A stretch of 64,000 nucleotides of DNA from Spirochaetia bacterium. Its GTDB lineage: Bacteria; Spirochaetota; Spirochaetia; SZUA-6; Bin103. A program made the translations under genes and the position numbers. The stretch covers positions 3,008,001 to 3,072,000 of the forward strand of contig OZ241863.1 of assembly GCA_965203055.1 (NCBI GenBank), written 5' to 3'. The notes under the pieces are model-generated. The model was not told the DNA's origin, did not search any database, and was given only the letters and a program-made list of their open reading frames with translations. Positions 51,754-61,719 of this stretch are shown here, one piece after another (position 1 is the first letter of the stretch; every line of letters starts with the position of its first letter).

Positions 51754-52011
51754 ATGGTCGAGAACGCAGACTCTACGGATCGAGATTTTGACCCGGATAC
51801 CGCGCCGGACCTTTCGCAGGATGGCTGGCCGGAACAATTCGCCAAGGCGGCCGTTCAACGCGGTCGGCCACCCTCCGTCCAACCGAAAGTGTCAACCACC
51901 ATCCGTCTCTCGCAGGAGGTCATAGATCACTTCAAGGCCGACGGCCGCGGGTGGCAGACGCGGATCGACTGCGCGCTGCGCGAATGGATCAAGGAGCACC
52001 AGGCCGGGTAA
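51754..52011 (+). CDS. BrnA-family antitoxin (orphan)
   Basis: RGRP....KVSTTIRLSQEVIDHFKADGRGWQTRID.ALR. Confidence 0.88.
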   Translation: MVENADSTDRDFDPDTAPDLSQDGWPEQFAKAAVQRGRPPSVQPKVSTTIRLSQEVIDHFKADGRGWQTRIDCALREWIKEHQAG

Positions 52012-52073
52012 GGCGCGGGGCAGCTTGGTACGGATGATGCGGAAACAACGCGTTGTTTGTACTATGGGAGTCG

Positions 52074-53459
52074 ATGGAACGGGAGTTCTCGGCCTTCCTC
52101 GGCGACTGGCTCCATACCAGGCCGCGCCGCCCGCTGGTGGTCCGCGGCGCCCGGCAGGTAGGCAAGACCTGGCTGGTGCGGGATTGGGCGGCGCGGGCGC
52201 GGCGCGTCCTGGTGGAGGTGAACTTCGAGCGCGACCCGCGGCTGCGGCGCTACTTCGACCAGCCTGACCCGCGCCGCATCTTCGACGATCTCACGCTGGC
52301 GCTGGGGGTAGCGGCTGCCCCGGAGCAGGCGGTGCTGTTCCTCGACGAGGTGCAGGCGGCGCCCGAGGTGCTGGCGAATCTGCGCTGGTTCGCGGAGGAG
52401 CAGCCGGAGCTGCCGGTGGTCGCCGCCGGGTCGCTGTTGGAGTTCGGCCTTGCCGACTTCGCGTACAGCATGCCGGTGGGACGTATTCGCTACGGTTACG
52501 TGGAGCCGCTGAGCTTCGCCGAGTTCCTCGCGGCGCACGGGCAGACCGCGCTGCGCGACCGGCTGGCGCGGTGGCGCCCGGAGGAACCGCTGGCGGCCGC
52601 GGCGCACGATGCCGCCGGCCGCTGGTACGAGCGGTATGCCATGGTCGGCGGCATGCCCGGCGTGGTGGCGCAGGACGCCGCGGGCGCCCCGGCGGCGGAG
52701 TGCCGCTCCCTGCAGCGGGACCTGCTGCAGACCTATCGCGACGACTTCGCCAAGTACGCCGGCCGCACCGAGCACGGGCTGCTGGATTCGGTACTGCTCG
52801 CCGTGATCGCCGCGCTGGGCGGCAAGTTCGTCTACCGCCGGGTTGGTGACGGCGTCAAGCATCACCAGGCGAAGAAGGCCCTGGAGGCCCTGGTCATGGC
52901 CCGGTTGTGTCACCTGATTCCGCACAGCGGCGCCAACGGCGTTCCGCTTGCCGCCGAGGCCAGCGACCGCGTCCGCAAGGTGGGGTTGCTCGACGTGGGA
53001 CTGGCCCATGGGCTGTGGAACACCCCGGCGGGACGCGGCTTCCCGCGCTGGAGCGACCTCCCGCCGCAGCTCGCCGGCGGTCTGGCCGAGCAGATGGCGG
53101 CGCAGCAGTTGCGCATCGCCACCGGGAGCGCCGCGGTCACCGGGCAGTTGTTCCACTGGCGCCGGGAAGGCGGCCGCGCCGGCGAAATCGACTACTTGAT
53201 GGAAGCCGGCGCCCGCGTCGTCCCGATCGAGGTCAAGAGCGGCGCCGTCGGCGCGATGAAGAGCCTGCACCAGTTCATGTACGAGAAGCGGCTCCCGCTG
53301 GCCGTTCGGCTGGACCGCAATCCCCCGTCGCTGCAACAGGTCGACGTCCGCACCACCCTGGGGAATCCGGTTCGCTACCGGCTCCTGAACCTCCCGCACT
53401 ATCTGGCGTGGCGCGCGCCGGAGCTGGTCGAGCTGCTCGACTTCGGCGAACGCCCGTGA
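52074..53459 (+). CDS. AAA_14 + DUF4143 ATP-binding protein
   Basis: GARQVGKT, LFLDEVQ, AAGS, GGMP, EIDY...PIEVKSG. Confidence 0.9.
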   Translation: MEREFSAFLGDWLHTRPRRPLVVRGARQVGKTWLVRDWAARARRVLVEVNFERDPRLRRYFDQPDPRRIFDDLTLALGVAAAPEQAVLFLDEVQAAPEVLANLRWFAEEQPELPVVAAGSLLEFGLADFAYSMPVGRIRYGYVEPLSFAEFLAAHGQTALRDRLARWRPEEPLAAAAHDAAGRWYERYAMVGGMPGVVAQDAAGAPAAECRSLQRDLLQTYRDDFAKYAGRTEHGLLDSVLLAVIAALGGKFVYRRVGDGVKHHQAKKALEALVMARLCHLIPHSGANGVPLAAEASDRVRKVGLLDVGLAHGLWNTPAGRGFPRWSDLPPQLAGGLAEQMAAQQLRIATGSAAVTGQLFHWRREGGRAGEIDYLMEAGARVVPIEVKSGAVGAMKSLHQFMYEKRLPLAVRLDRNPPSLQQVDVRTTLGNPVRYRLLNLPHYLAWRAPELVELLDFGERP

Positions 53460-53486
53460 GACTGCGCCGGCCCCGGGCGGCTAGCG

Positions 53487-54941
53487 CTAGCGGGAAAGCA
53501 GCGCCGCGACCGCGCTCTGGTTGCGGCGGACGGCGCTTTCGTGCGGCGTTTCGCCGCGGGAATCGCGGGCCGCAAGGTCGGCCCCGGCCTTCAGCAATGC
53601 CTCGACGACGCGCTCGATGAACAGGTATTTGTCGCGCAGGTGATGGAGGGGGGAGCCGCCGTCCAGCATGGTGGCGGTAGCATACTCGGGATGCTCCGCC
53701 AAGTAGCGCTCCAACGCCTCGATCCTGCCGTCGTCGATCAGGTCGAGACCGTCGGCGCAGTGGTCGAGCAGGTAGTCGCGCATGCCGGCGTGGCCGGCGT
53801 GGTCGGCCCATCCGGCCGGCGTGGACCCGTGATTGGCCTCGCGCAACGGGCGCGCGCCGTGCGCCACCAGCACCTCCGCCGCCGCCCGCCGGTCGTGCCA
53901 CGCCGCCTGGTGCAGCGCGGTCGTACCGTCGTCCCCGGCGGCGTTCGGGTCCGCGCCGAGCCGCAGCAGACAACGCAGCGCGGCGAGGTTGCCCCGGCCC
54001 GCGGCCGCGTGCAGCGCGCCGGGGTCCTTCAGACTGTCGGGCGCCCGTTCGAGCGCGGCGCGGGCGGCGGCCTCGTCGCCGCTCATGCAGGCGGCCCGAA
54101 CCCGGTTCTCCGGGCTCAGCTCGACCGGCTCGGCGCCGGCGCGCTGCAGCATCGCGGCCACCTCCGGGAAGCCGTTCAACAACGCGTTTTCGTAGTGGGC
54201 GCGGCCGTCGTAGTAGCTGGTGCCGCGCGGGTCGGCGCCATGCCGCAGCAGCAGCGCAACCCGATCCCCGAATCCCTGGCCGGCGGCGTGGCCGAGGAGA
54301 AAGTCGAGCGTTCCGACCACGTTGTCGGTCCGCCAGTTGATCTTGGCCGCCGCGGTCAGCCCGCGCTCCAGCAGCAGTCGCAGCCAGCGGTCGTCGGGCC
54401 GGAACATCGTGTTGTAGAGCCCCTGGGCTTCGTTGGGATCTGCCCCGGCGTCGAGCAGCAGCGCGGCCAGCGCCCAGGCATGGGCATGCGGCGGCTGGCT
54501 GACGAGGCCGCCTTCCCCTTCGCCCATCGCTCCGGTCAGGGCGGTGAACCGGTAGGTGCCGTCCCACATGAAGTGCGCGTTGGGGTCGGCCCCGTGCGCC
54601 AGCAGCAGCCGCGCGGCCGCGACGGCGTCGGCGCGGGGAAGCTGCTCGGTCACCCGCGAGTAGCAGAGGTAGAGCAGCGGCGGCCAGTCGCGCGGTCCGC
54701 CCGCGGCCGACGCCCGCCCCGGCTCCTCGCTCAGGAGCTCCTGCAGCCGCTCCAGGTTGGCCGTCGCCGCGGCGCTATGCGCGCCGGCCCGCGCCAGGTC
54801 GGGCTGCGACGACAGCATCGCCCCGGCGCGGCTGATCCGCTCCGGCGAATCGTCGCCATAGGTCAGGCAGGCCAGGTCCAGAAACCGCTCCGCCTCGCTC
54901 CTGCGCGCTGCCGCGCCCAACTCGTCACTCTGTTCCGCCAA
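53487..54941 (-). CDS. Ankyrin-repeat protein
   Basis: Repeated LL..GADPN, TTALHQAA, GSTP, GETP motifs. Confidence 0.88.
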   Translation of the reverse strand: MAEQSDELGAAARRSEAERFLDLACLTYGDDSPERISRAGAMLSSQPDLARAGAHSAAATANLERLQELLSEEPGRASAAGGPRDWPPLLYLCYSRVTEQLPRADAVAAARLLLAHGADPNAHFMWDGTYRFTALTGAMGEGEGGLVSQPPHAHAWALAALLLDAGADPNEAQGLYNTMFRPDDRWLRLLLERGLTAAAKINWRTDNVVGTLDFLLGHAAGQGFGDRVALLLRHGADPRGTSYYDGRAHYENALLNGFPEVAAMLQRAGAEPVELSPENRVRAACMSGDEAAARAALERAPDSLKDPGALHAAAGRGNLAALRCLLRLGADPNAAGDDGTTALHQAAWHDRRAAAEVLVAHGARPLREANHGSTPAGWADHAGHAGMRDYLLDHCADGLDLIDDGRIEALERYLAEHPEYATATMLDGGSPLHHLRDKYLFIERVVEALLKAGADLAARDSRGETPHESAVRRNQSAVAALLSR

Positions 54942-55046
54942 CTCCGCGCGCCCTCGCCGTACGCTCGCCTCAGCAAACCACTGCTACCCGGATCGGGTCA
55001 ACCGTCCGCGCCGGCCCGCCAGCCCGCCGCGCCGGAAGGCCACGCT

Positions 55047-55076
55047 TTGACAGGGGCGCGCGCGCCGTCGTAGCGT
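55047..55076 (+). promoter_or_regulatory. Possible sigma70 promoter
   Basis: TTGACA-N18-TAGCGT followed by AAGGAGG RBS. Confidence 0.45.
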
Positions 55077-55093
55077 CCCCCAAGGAGGCCACA

Positions 55094-55786
55094 TTGGCTA
55101 CGAATTCGTCCGCCGGCTACCCGGTAAAGTTTCAAGTCGACTCCCCGGAGGGACCGAGGAACCGGCTGTCGGTGCTGCTTCGCCCGATCCTCGCGCTACC
55201 GATCCTGATCATCATCACCCTGCTGACCGGACAGAGCGACCCCAGTCAGTATGACTACGAGTCCTACCGGGGCTGGGAAGTCGCCCACCCGTGGCGCGGC
55301 GGCATGAACGACATGGGCCCCGGCATGGCGGGCGTCGGCGCGGGTCTCGGCATCGCTACGGCGCTCATGATTCTGTTCCGCCGGAAGTACCCGCGCTGGT
55401 GGTTCGACTGGAATCTGGAGCTGGCCCGCTTCAGCGCCCGGGTAGGCGCCTACCTGCTCCTGCTGCGCGACGAGTACCCCTCCACTGATGAACGGCAGGC
55501 GGTGACGCTGGACATCGCGTATCCCGACGTGCCGAATGAGCTCAACCGGGTCCTGCCGCTGTTCAAGTGGCTGCTGGTGATTCCTCATTACGTCGTTCTG
55601 GCGGTGCTGGGCGCGCTGCTGGCGCCGGTCACCTTCATCGGCTGGATCGTGATTCTGGTCACGGGCCGCACCCCGCCGTGGGCCTTTCGGTACGTGGAAG
55701 GCGTCATGCGCTGGGGACTCAGGGTGGCCGCCTACGCGTTCCTGCTGACCACCGACCAGTACCCGCCGTTCCAGTTCCGGCAGTAG
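55094..55786 (+). CDS. DUF4389 membrane protein
   Basis: Duplicated motif R..ILA.P...YP.W.F...RV.AY..LL.D.YPP; AAGGAGG RBS. Confidence 0.82.
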   Translation: MATNSSAGYPVKFQVDSPEGPRNRLSVLLRPILALPILIIITLLTGQSDPSQYDYESYRGWEVAHPWRGGMNDMGPGMAGVGAGLGIATALMILFRRKYPRWWFDWNLELARFSARVGAYLLLLRDEYPSTDERQAVTLDIAYPDVPNELNRVLPLFKWLLVIPHYVVLAVLGALLAPVTFIGWIVILVTGRTPPWAFRYVEGVMRWGLRVAAYAFLLTTDQYPPFQFRQ

Positions 55787-55847
55787 CGGCGCCCCGCACG
55801 CCTGCCCCGCCCGCGCCCGCCGGCGGGGCGCGGCGCGTTGCTCCTCC

Positions 55848-56933
55848 TCAGCCTGCCCCGCCGGCAGCGAAGATGCCGACCAGCTCCGGCCGCAAGGGGT
55901 AGCGCAGCGGTTCGCCGGCGAAGTGCCGGCGCGCATCCTCGCACTGGCCCAGAAAGACGCCCCGGTGCGCGCCGTAGGTGGTGCCGGCGCGGTGCGGCGT
56001 GTGGATCACGTTGGGCAACGTTCGCCAGGGGCTGTCCGGCGGCGGCGGCTCCGGGCGGTACACGTCGAGGGCGGCGCGCAGCTCGCCGGCCGTCAGCCGT
56101 TCGAGCAGCGGCTCCTGCGCCACCACCGCCATGCGCGATACCAGCACGAAGACCGCCTCGCGCGGCAGGGCGAAGATCACCTCGCGGCTGATGATCTCGA
56201 TCGTCTCCGGGGTCGGCGGTATGGCGATGAAGAACACCTCGCTGCGCGCCGCCATGGCCGCCAGATCGGTCACCTTGCGGCCGCCCGCGGCGGCCATCCG
56301 TTCCGCCGGAACGTAGGGATCGAACGCTTCCCAGTCGGTGTCGAACGGCGCCAGCATGCGCGCCAGGTGGCGATGGATCTCGCCGAACCCGGCCAGCCCC
56401 ACGCGCCGGCCTTGCAGCCGGTCGGGGGTTTCGGGCCGCTCGGGCAGGTTCTTCGAGTTGACCCAGCCGTTGGCGCCCACCGTCTGATGCTCCTGGGGGA
56501 TGTTGCGCAGCGCGGCCAAGCCTAGCGCCAGTTCATACTCCGCCACCCACGGCGACATCACCGGCGCCGTTTCGGTGACGGCGATGCCCTGCGCCAACGC
56601 CGCGTTCACGTCGCAGAACTGCGCCTGCTGATAGTGACAGGTGGACCCGAGGTAGCGCAGCCGGGTCGCCCGGGCGAGGCGTTCGGCGGACAGGTAGCCG
56701 ATGCCCTGGCCGCCCCAGCCGCACAGCACCATGCCGTCCGCTTCGGCGAGCGCGGCATCCACCGCCGCGGCGCGTTCGGCCTCGGTCTGGTCGGGCGTCA
56801 GGTGAACGTCGACGCGCTCGGCGAAGGAATCGAGCACCTCCCCGGCGGCGCTGCTCCAGTGCCAGTGCCGGTCCAATTCCCGGCCTGAGGACCAGGGACC
56901 GAATACCACGACGATCCTGGGACGAGCCATCAT
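55848..56933 (-). CDS. D-isomer-specific 2-hydroxyacid dehydrogenase family protein
   Basis: GLAGFGEI, FDPY, ALDVY.PEP, TPHRAG. Confidence 0.88.
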   Translation of the reverse strand: MMARPRIVVVFGPWSSGRELDRHWHWSSAAGEVLDSFAERVDVHLTPDQTEAERAAAVDAALAEADGMVLCGWGGQGIGYLSAERLARATRLRYLGSTCHYQQAQFCDVNAALAQGIAVTETAPVMSPWVAEYELALGLAALRNIPQEHQTVGANGWVNSKNLPERPETPDRLQGRRVGLAGFGEIHRHLARMLAPFDTDWEAFDPYVPAERMAAAGGRKVTDLAAMAARSEVFFIAIPPTPETIEIISREVIFALPREAVFVLVSRMAVVAQEPLLERLTAGELRAALDVYRPEPPPPDSPWRTLPNVIHTPHRAGTTYGAHRGVFLGQCEDARRHFAGEPLRYPLRPELVGIFAAGGAG

Positions 56934-57073
56934 CTCCCTCCTCGACGCAACCGCCCGCGCGGGCAGCGCCGGGCCGCAGTGTAGCGCGGTCTCCGGCAGC
57001 CGCCAAAGCCCCGCCCCGCGGCGGGGGGAGCGCGGCGCGGGCGGTCGGGGTTCACGCCGGGTTCACACCCGGT

Positions 57074-57949
57074 TCACGCCCCCGGCGCCGCCACCGGGAT
57101 GCCATCCCGGCACACGACCGGGAAGTGCGGGCCGGCCTTGGCCATCGGTTCGCCCACCGCCAGGTCGATGAACCCCCGCATCGGGTGATCGCGGCCGGTG
57201 AACCGGGCCGCGCCGGTCATGTAGTGAATGGCCAGCGCCCGCCGCGCCCGCGCCGAGTCGTTCTCCGGCGATCCGTGCCAGGTCAGCGAATGGTGGAAGT
57301 GCACCTCCCCGCGCTTGACGGGCCGCGGGACCGCCGCCACTTCGCGGATCTCGGCGTCCTGCGGCGGGCTGAACCCGGCGCCGATGTTGGCGAAGTCGGC
57401 GACGGTGCGCAGGTGGTCGAGGGAGTTGAGGTACTCCTGCTGGCGGTTCCCCCAGCGGTGCGAGCCGGGCACCATCCACATGCAGCCGTTTTCGACATCG
57501 GCGTCGTCGAACGGCAGCCACGCCGACACCGGCGTCATGGGATCGATGCTCGGCCACAGCGGCGCGTCCTGGTGCCAGCGGGTGGCGCCGCCGGCCCGGG
57601 CCGGCTTGTACTGCACCTGGTCGTGCCACACCTGCAGGTCGGCGAAGCCGGTCAACTGGCTGATGCCCCGGACGATGGCGGGATGGTACATGAGCCGTTC
57701 GAAGGCCGGCGACGCCTCCCAGATGTTGAGAATCTGCCACACCGGCCGTTCCGGCTCGAAGGCGCGGTACAGCACCGGGCGCGGAGCGCCGGCGGCGAAG
57801 CCGTCCGGCCCGACGGCGATGATGCGGTTCACCTCGGCCGACAGCTCATCCAGCTCGGCGTCGTCCAGGAGCCGGCCGGCGTTGAGGAACCCGTCGCGCC
57901 GAAAGGAGCTGACCTGTTCGGGGCTGAGCCCGGCGAAGGTTGTCGGCAT
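57074..57949 (-). CDS. Phytanoyl-CoA dioxygenase (PhyH) family protein
   Basis: WHQD, ENGCMW.VPGSH, FHH.LTWHGS..N.S...RR. Confidence 0.9.
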   Translation of the reverse strand: MPTTFAGLSPEQVSSFRRDGFLNAGRLLDDAELDELSAEVNRIIAVGPDGFAAGAPRPVLYRAFEPERPVWQILNIWEASPAFERLMYHPAIVRGISQLTGFADLQVWHDQVQYKPARAGGATRWHQDAPLWPSIDPMTPVSAWLPFDDADVENGCMWMVPGSHRWGNRQQEYLNSLDHLRTVADFANIGAGFSPPQDAEIREVAAVPRPVKRGEVHFHHSLTWHGSPENDSARARRALAIHYMTGAARFTGRDHPMRGFIDLAVGEPMAKAGPHFPVVCRDGIPVAAPGA

Positions 57950-58000
57950 CTGTCACCTCCTCGATTGCCGGAGTCTGCGGCCTAGGCAACCACCGGCGCA

Positions 58001-58010
58001 AGTGCCCGCC
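58001..58010 (+). repeat. Left direct repeat AGTGCCCGCC (candidate target-site duplication)
   Basis: Identical to 63194-63203; abuts the left TIR. Confidence 0.75.
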
Positions 58011-58640
58011 GGCGCACTTCCGATTTGTTGGTAGACCCTCGGTTTCAGCGACGGCGCGGGAGCTGGTGGAGCAGGCGTCCGGCAAGAGCAGCCGGCAGGT
58101 GATGCAGTTGCTGGCCGAGGTGGACCCGGAGCTGGCGGCGTCGGCGGATCGGGCGCGGCCCCTGGGCGGCGGGCGCTGGGAACTCAAGGCGGTGATCGAC
58201 GATGAGTGCCGGCGTGGCTTGGAGCGGCTCAAGGAGCTCCTGTCCCACGTTGATCCGCACCTGCCGTTGGGGCAGCTCATGGGGCGGCTGGTGCGGGAAG
58301 GGCTCGACCGCCACGACCCGGCCCGGCCGCCGCGCGGGCGGCGCGCCGCGCCGGCCAAAGGAGCCGAGCAAACTTCGGCGGCGAAGACGCGGCGCCTCGG
58401 CCGGCAGGCTGCGACGACGGGCACGGCGCGGGCTGCGCCGCCGGCGCGGACCGAAACTTCGCCAGCGAAGACCGGCGGCGCGACCGGGGCCGCTGCCGCT
58501 ACGTGGACCGCACCAGCGGGCGCCGCTGCGGCTCCCAACACCTGCTGCAGATCGATCACGTCGTGCCGTCATCTTACACTGGGACTTGGGCTTGGCCGCC
58601 AAGCGGCCTGACGCTTACCTACATTTTGGAAATGCGCCCC
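58011..58640 (+). mobile_element. Internally deleted (MITE-like) copy of the HNH element
   Basis: Both ends retained; collinear homology to 61567-63193 with four internal deletions. Confidence 0.8.
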
Positions 58641-58754
58641 ATGACAGACGTCCGCTTGCCGTCAAGGCATCAAGCGAGCACGCTGATTCGGTTTGACGCC
58701 CAGACGGGCGGTGAGTCGATGCCGCGCTTGGGCCTTGAACCTTGAACAGACCAC

Positions 58755-58791
58755 TTGCCCATACGTACCAAACGTGAGATATTGATACGTA
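58755..58791 (+). promoter_or_regulatory. TA promoter/operator
   Basis: TTGCCC-N17-GATATT with two ATACGTA boxes (58761-58767, 58785-58791). Confidence 0.55.
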
Positions 58792-58799
58792 GCAGCGTC

Positions 58800-59063
58800 A
58801 TGAGCACGAAACTCACCCTGAGCGTCAACGCTACGATCGTCCAACGGGCGAAGGAGTTGGCGAGACGGCGACGAACGAGCCTCTCCGGACTGGTTGAGGA
58901 GTATCTCCGATTTGCCAGCGCCGGCCTTGATGAGCGGCCCGCCGTCAGCAGCCGAGTTCAGGCGGTTGCCGAATCACTGCCGATGCCGCCGGACGCTACC
59001 TACGATCGCTTGCAGGAGCAGTACCTGCGGGAAAAGCTACTCGGTGCGGAAGATTCTGCTTGA
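58800..59063 (+). CDS. DUF6364-like RHH antitoxin
   Basis: MSTKLTLSVNATIVQRAKELARRRRTSLSGLVEEYL. Confidence 0.85.
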   Translation: MSTKLTLSVNATIVQRAKELARRRRTSLSGLVEEYLRFASAGLDERPAVSSRVQAVAESLPMPPDATYDRLQEQYLREKLLGAEDSA

Positions 59064-59508
59064 TTCCGACGTCATTCTGGACCTGTTCGTCTCGCGCGAA
59101 CCGCATCACACGGTCGCCTTGCATTTCTTCTCGTGCATCGATCTCGAGCGAGACACCATCAGCGCAACGGCGTCGCCGGTGGCTATGGCCAACGTCGCCT
59201 ACGTGTTGGCCAAGTTGAAGAATCAGGCATTTGCGGTGGGTAAACTGCGCGAACTCAGAACCATGATCGGGGTGTCTCCCATCAACCAAACGGTCGTGGA
59301 CCGTGCCCTGGCACGTCCGCATCGTGATTTCGAAGATGCCCTGCAACGAGAATGCGCGCTGGAGAATGGGATCGAGATTCTCGTGACTCGCAACACCCGC
59401 CACTATTCCAAGACCGACGTCGCTATCCTCTCACCGGCTGACTTCTTGCAGCTTCACGGCGCCGCGCTGGCGCTCATAGGCGGCGGCGGACCGGACAGAC
59501 CGACCTAA
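59044..59508 (+). CDS. PIN-domain (VapC-like) toxin
   Basis: ILLDSDVILD, DFEDALQ..CA, LVTRN..HY; overlaps antitoxin. Confidence 0.88.
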   Translation: MRKILLDSDVILDLFVSREPHHTVALHFFSCIDLERDTISATASPVAMANVAYVLAKLKNQAFAVGKLRELRTMIGVSPINQTVVDRALARPHRDFEDALQRECALENGIEILVTRNTRHYSKTDVAILSPADFLQLHGAALALIGGGGPDRPT

Positions 59509-61474
59509 TCCGCCAGCCGAACCAGAAGCTGCTTGCCCTCCAGCGTTTGGCGCGCCCAATACAGGTTCTGGTATTGATCGTAGCCGCCCTCGCTCTCTGC
59601 CAACCTTGCCGCGCCGGTCGCGGTGGTACCGCCGGACGGCGCTGCCCCGAAGGTCACGGTTGGAGCAGTCGTGTAACCGCTCCCACGGTCCGTGATCGTC
59701 ACCGACGCTACGCGCAGCGCCGCAGTGCCGGCGGCCGTGGCGCCGGCACCCGGCGCCGCGCCAAAGGTCACGGTTGGGGCAGTGGTGTAGCCGCTCCCAC
59801 GGTTCATGACATTCACCGACGTGACGCGCAGCGCCGCAGTGCCGGCGGCCGTGGTGCCGCCGCCCGGCGCCGCGCCAAAGGTCACGGTTGGGGCAGTCGC
59901 GTAGCCGCTCCCGCGGTTCGTGATCGTCACCGACGCTACGCGCAGCGCCGCAGTGCCGGCGGCCGTGGTGCCGCCGCCCGGCGCCGCGCCAAAGGTCACG
60001 GTTGGGGCAGTCGCGTAGCCGCTCCCACGGTTCGTGAGCGTCACCGACGTGACGCCGGTTTGCAGCACTGCGGTGCCGGTGGCCGTGGTGCCGCCGGACG
60101 GCGCCGCTCCGAAGGTCACGGTTGGGGCAGAGGTGTAGCCGGCCCCCGCGTTCGTGAGCGTCACTCCCTCTACTCTGGTCGTCCGTAACGTCGCGGTGGC
60201 GCTCGCGCCGGTGCCCCCTCCTCCCGAAAACGATACGGTTGGGGCAGAGGTGTAGCCGCTCCCCCGGTTCAATAGGATTATGTTCACCACACTACCGGAA
60301 CTTATCGTCGCCCATCCGATTGCCCGGGTGCCACCGGCGGCCTGCGGAGCGCTGAACGTTACGGTTGGACCAGACGTGTAGCCGTTCCCCCCGCTCGTGA
60401 GCGTCACCGTCCCTACTTCTGATCGCAGCGTTGCGGTGCCGGTCGCCGTGGTGCCGCCGGACGGCGCTGCTCCGAACGTCACGGTGGGAGCGGACGTGTA
60501 GCCGTTCCCCCGGTTCCCGATCGTCACTGACGCGACGCCGCCGGGCCCCACCGCGGTGCCGGTGGCCGCGGTGCCGCCGGACGGCGGTGCGCTGAACGTC
60601 ACGCTGGGAACCGACGCGTAGCCGCTTCCCGCAGTCCCGACCGTCACCGCGTCGACGGCGCCCGCCGCGGCGCCGGTCGCCGTGGTGCCGCCGGACGGCG
60701 GCGCGCTGAACGTCACGGTAGGGACGGAAGTGTAGCCGCTTCCTGCGGTCCCGACCGTCACGGCATCGACGGCGCCCGCCGCGGCGCCGGTCGCCGTGGT
60801 GCCGCCGGACGGCGGCGCACTGAACGTCACGGTGGGAGCGGATGCATATCCGCTTCCTGCGGTCCCGACCGTCACGGCATCGACCGAGGCCACCGCGGTG
60901 CCGGTTGCCGTGGTGCCGCCGGACGGCGCCGCCTCGAACGTCACGCCGGGAACGGACGCATAGCCGCTCCCCGGGTTCGCTATCGTGACCGCCTGAACCG
61001 TGCCGACGGCGCCCGGCTCGATCGTGTCGGAGCCCGACTGATCCGGGGCGGTGAGCGCCAGTACCACTGCGCCCGCCCGGACTTCCGGGGTGACCGTCCA
61101 CTCCGCGCCGGTGAGGTCGGACGCGAAGACCGGCTTGGCGCTCGTGGTCGTGAACGGCAGCGGGTGCCCGCCGATCGACACCTGCACCTTCTCGCCCTCG
61201 CCGCCGGTGATCCGCTCCCAGGCATACGGCGCGGAACGGTTGGTCGTTGCGCTCAGCAGGTCCGCGCCGTCACCAAAGTCAGCCGCGCTGATCGTCCAGC
61301 TCTTCTCGGCCGGCTGGGCCGGCTGCGGGGTTGGCGGCGGCTCGCTCGGCGGTTTACCCCCCCCCCTTGGGCCGGGTCGGCGGTCGCGGCGGGCGGGCCC
61401 GCCGCCTGCGCGCAGGCCATCAGCATGGCGATACCGGCGGCCAGCAACAGCGATACCAGCGACGCTCTGCCCAA
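59505..61474 (-). CDS. Repeat-rich surface lipoprotein, frameshifted at a G10 tract (61357-61366)
   Basis: AGGAGG RBS + TTG, signal MGRASLVSLLLAAGIAMLMA-C in one frame; 12 GSGY.SAPTVTF repeats in another frame; the frames meet at the homopolymer. Confidence 0.78.
61357..61366 (-). repeat. G10 homopolymer, candidate phase-variation tract
   Basis: 10 consecutive C on + strand; G8 or G11 restores the frame. Confidence 0.75.
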
Positions 61475-61684
61475 GATTATCCTCCTGCCGGGCGGTTGGT
61501 CCCAGGCGGCGGCACGGTAGCACGCGCTCCCCAAGCTGTCCATCCCCACATCGCTCGCTCGCTGCGGGGCGCACTTCCAATTTGCTGGTACCGATCCCGG
61601 CAGCAGCATCTGACGGAACGTCCAGCCGCTTGGAAATGCGCCGCCGAGTCACGCCCGCAGGTGGCATCTTCCGGGCCGAATAAC

Positions 61685-61713
61685 TTGACTCAAGTAGTTT
61701 CCATGATTATACT
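61685..61713 (+). promoter_or_regulatory. Sigma70 promoter, probably giving a leaderless HNH transcript
   Basis: TTGACT-N17-TATACT; ATG 7 nt after -10; palindrome ACTTGACTCAAGT over -35. Confidence 0.75.
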
Positions 61714-61719
61714 TATATC

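Noticed and set aside
59590..60995. Regular DNA repeats as a possible CRISPR array (also 31800-33450)
   Set aside because: Repeats are in-frame coding units with synonymous variation, no unique spacers, no cas genes
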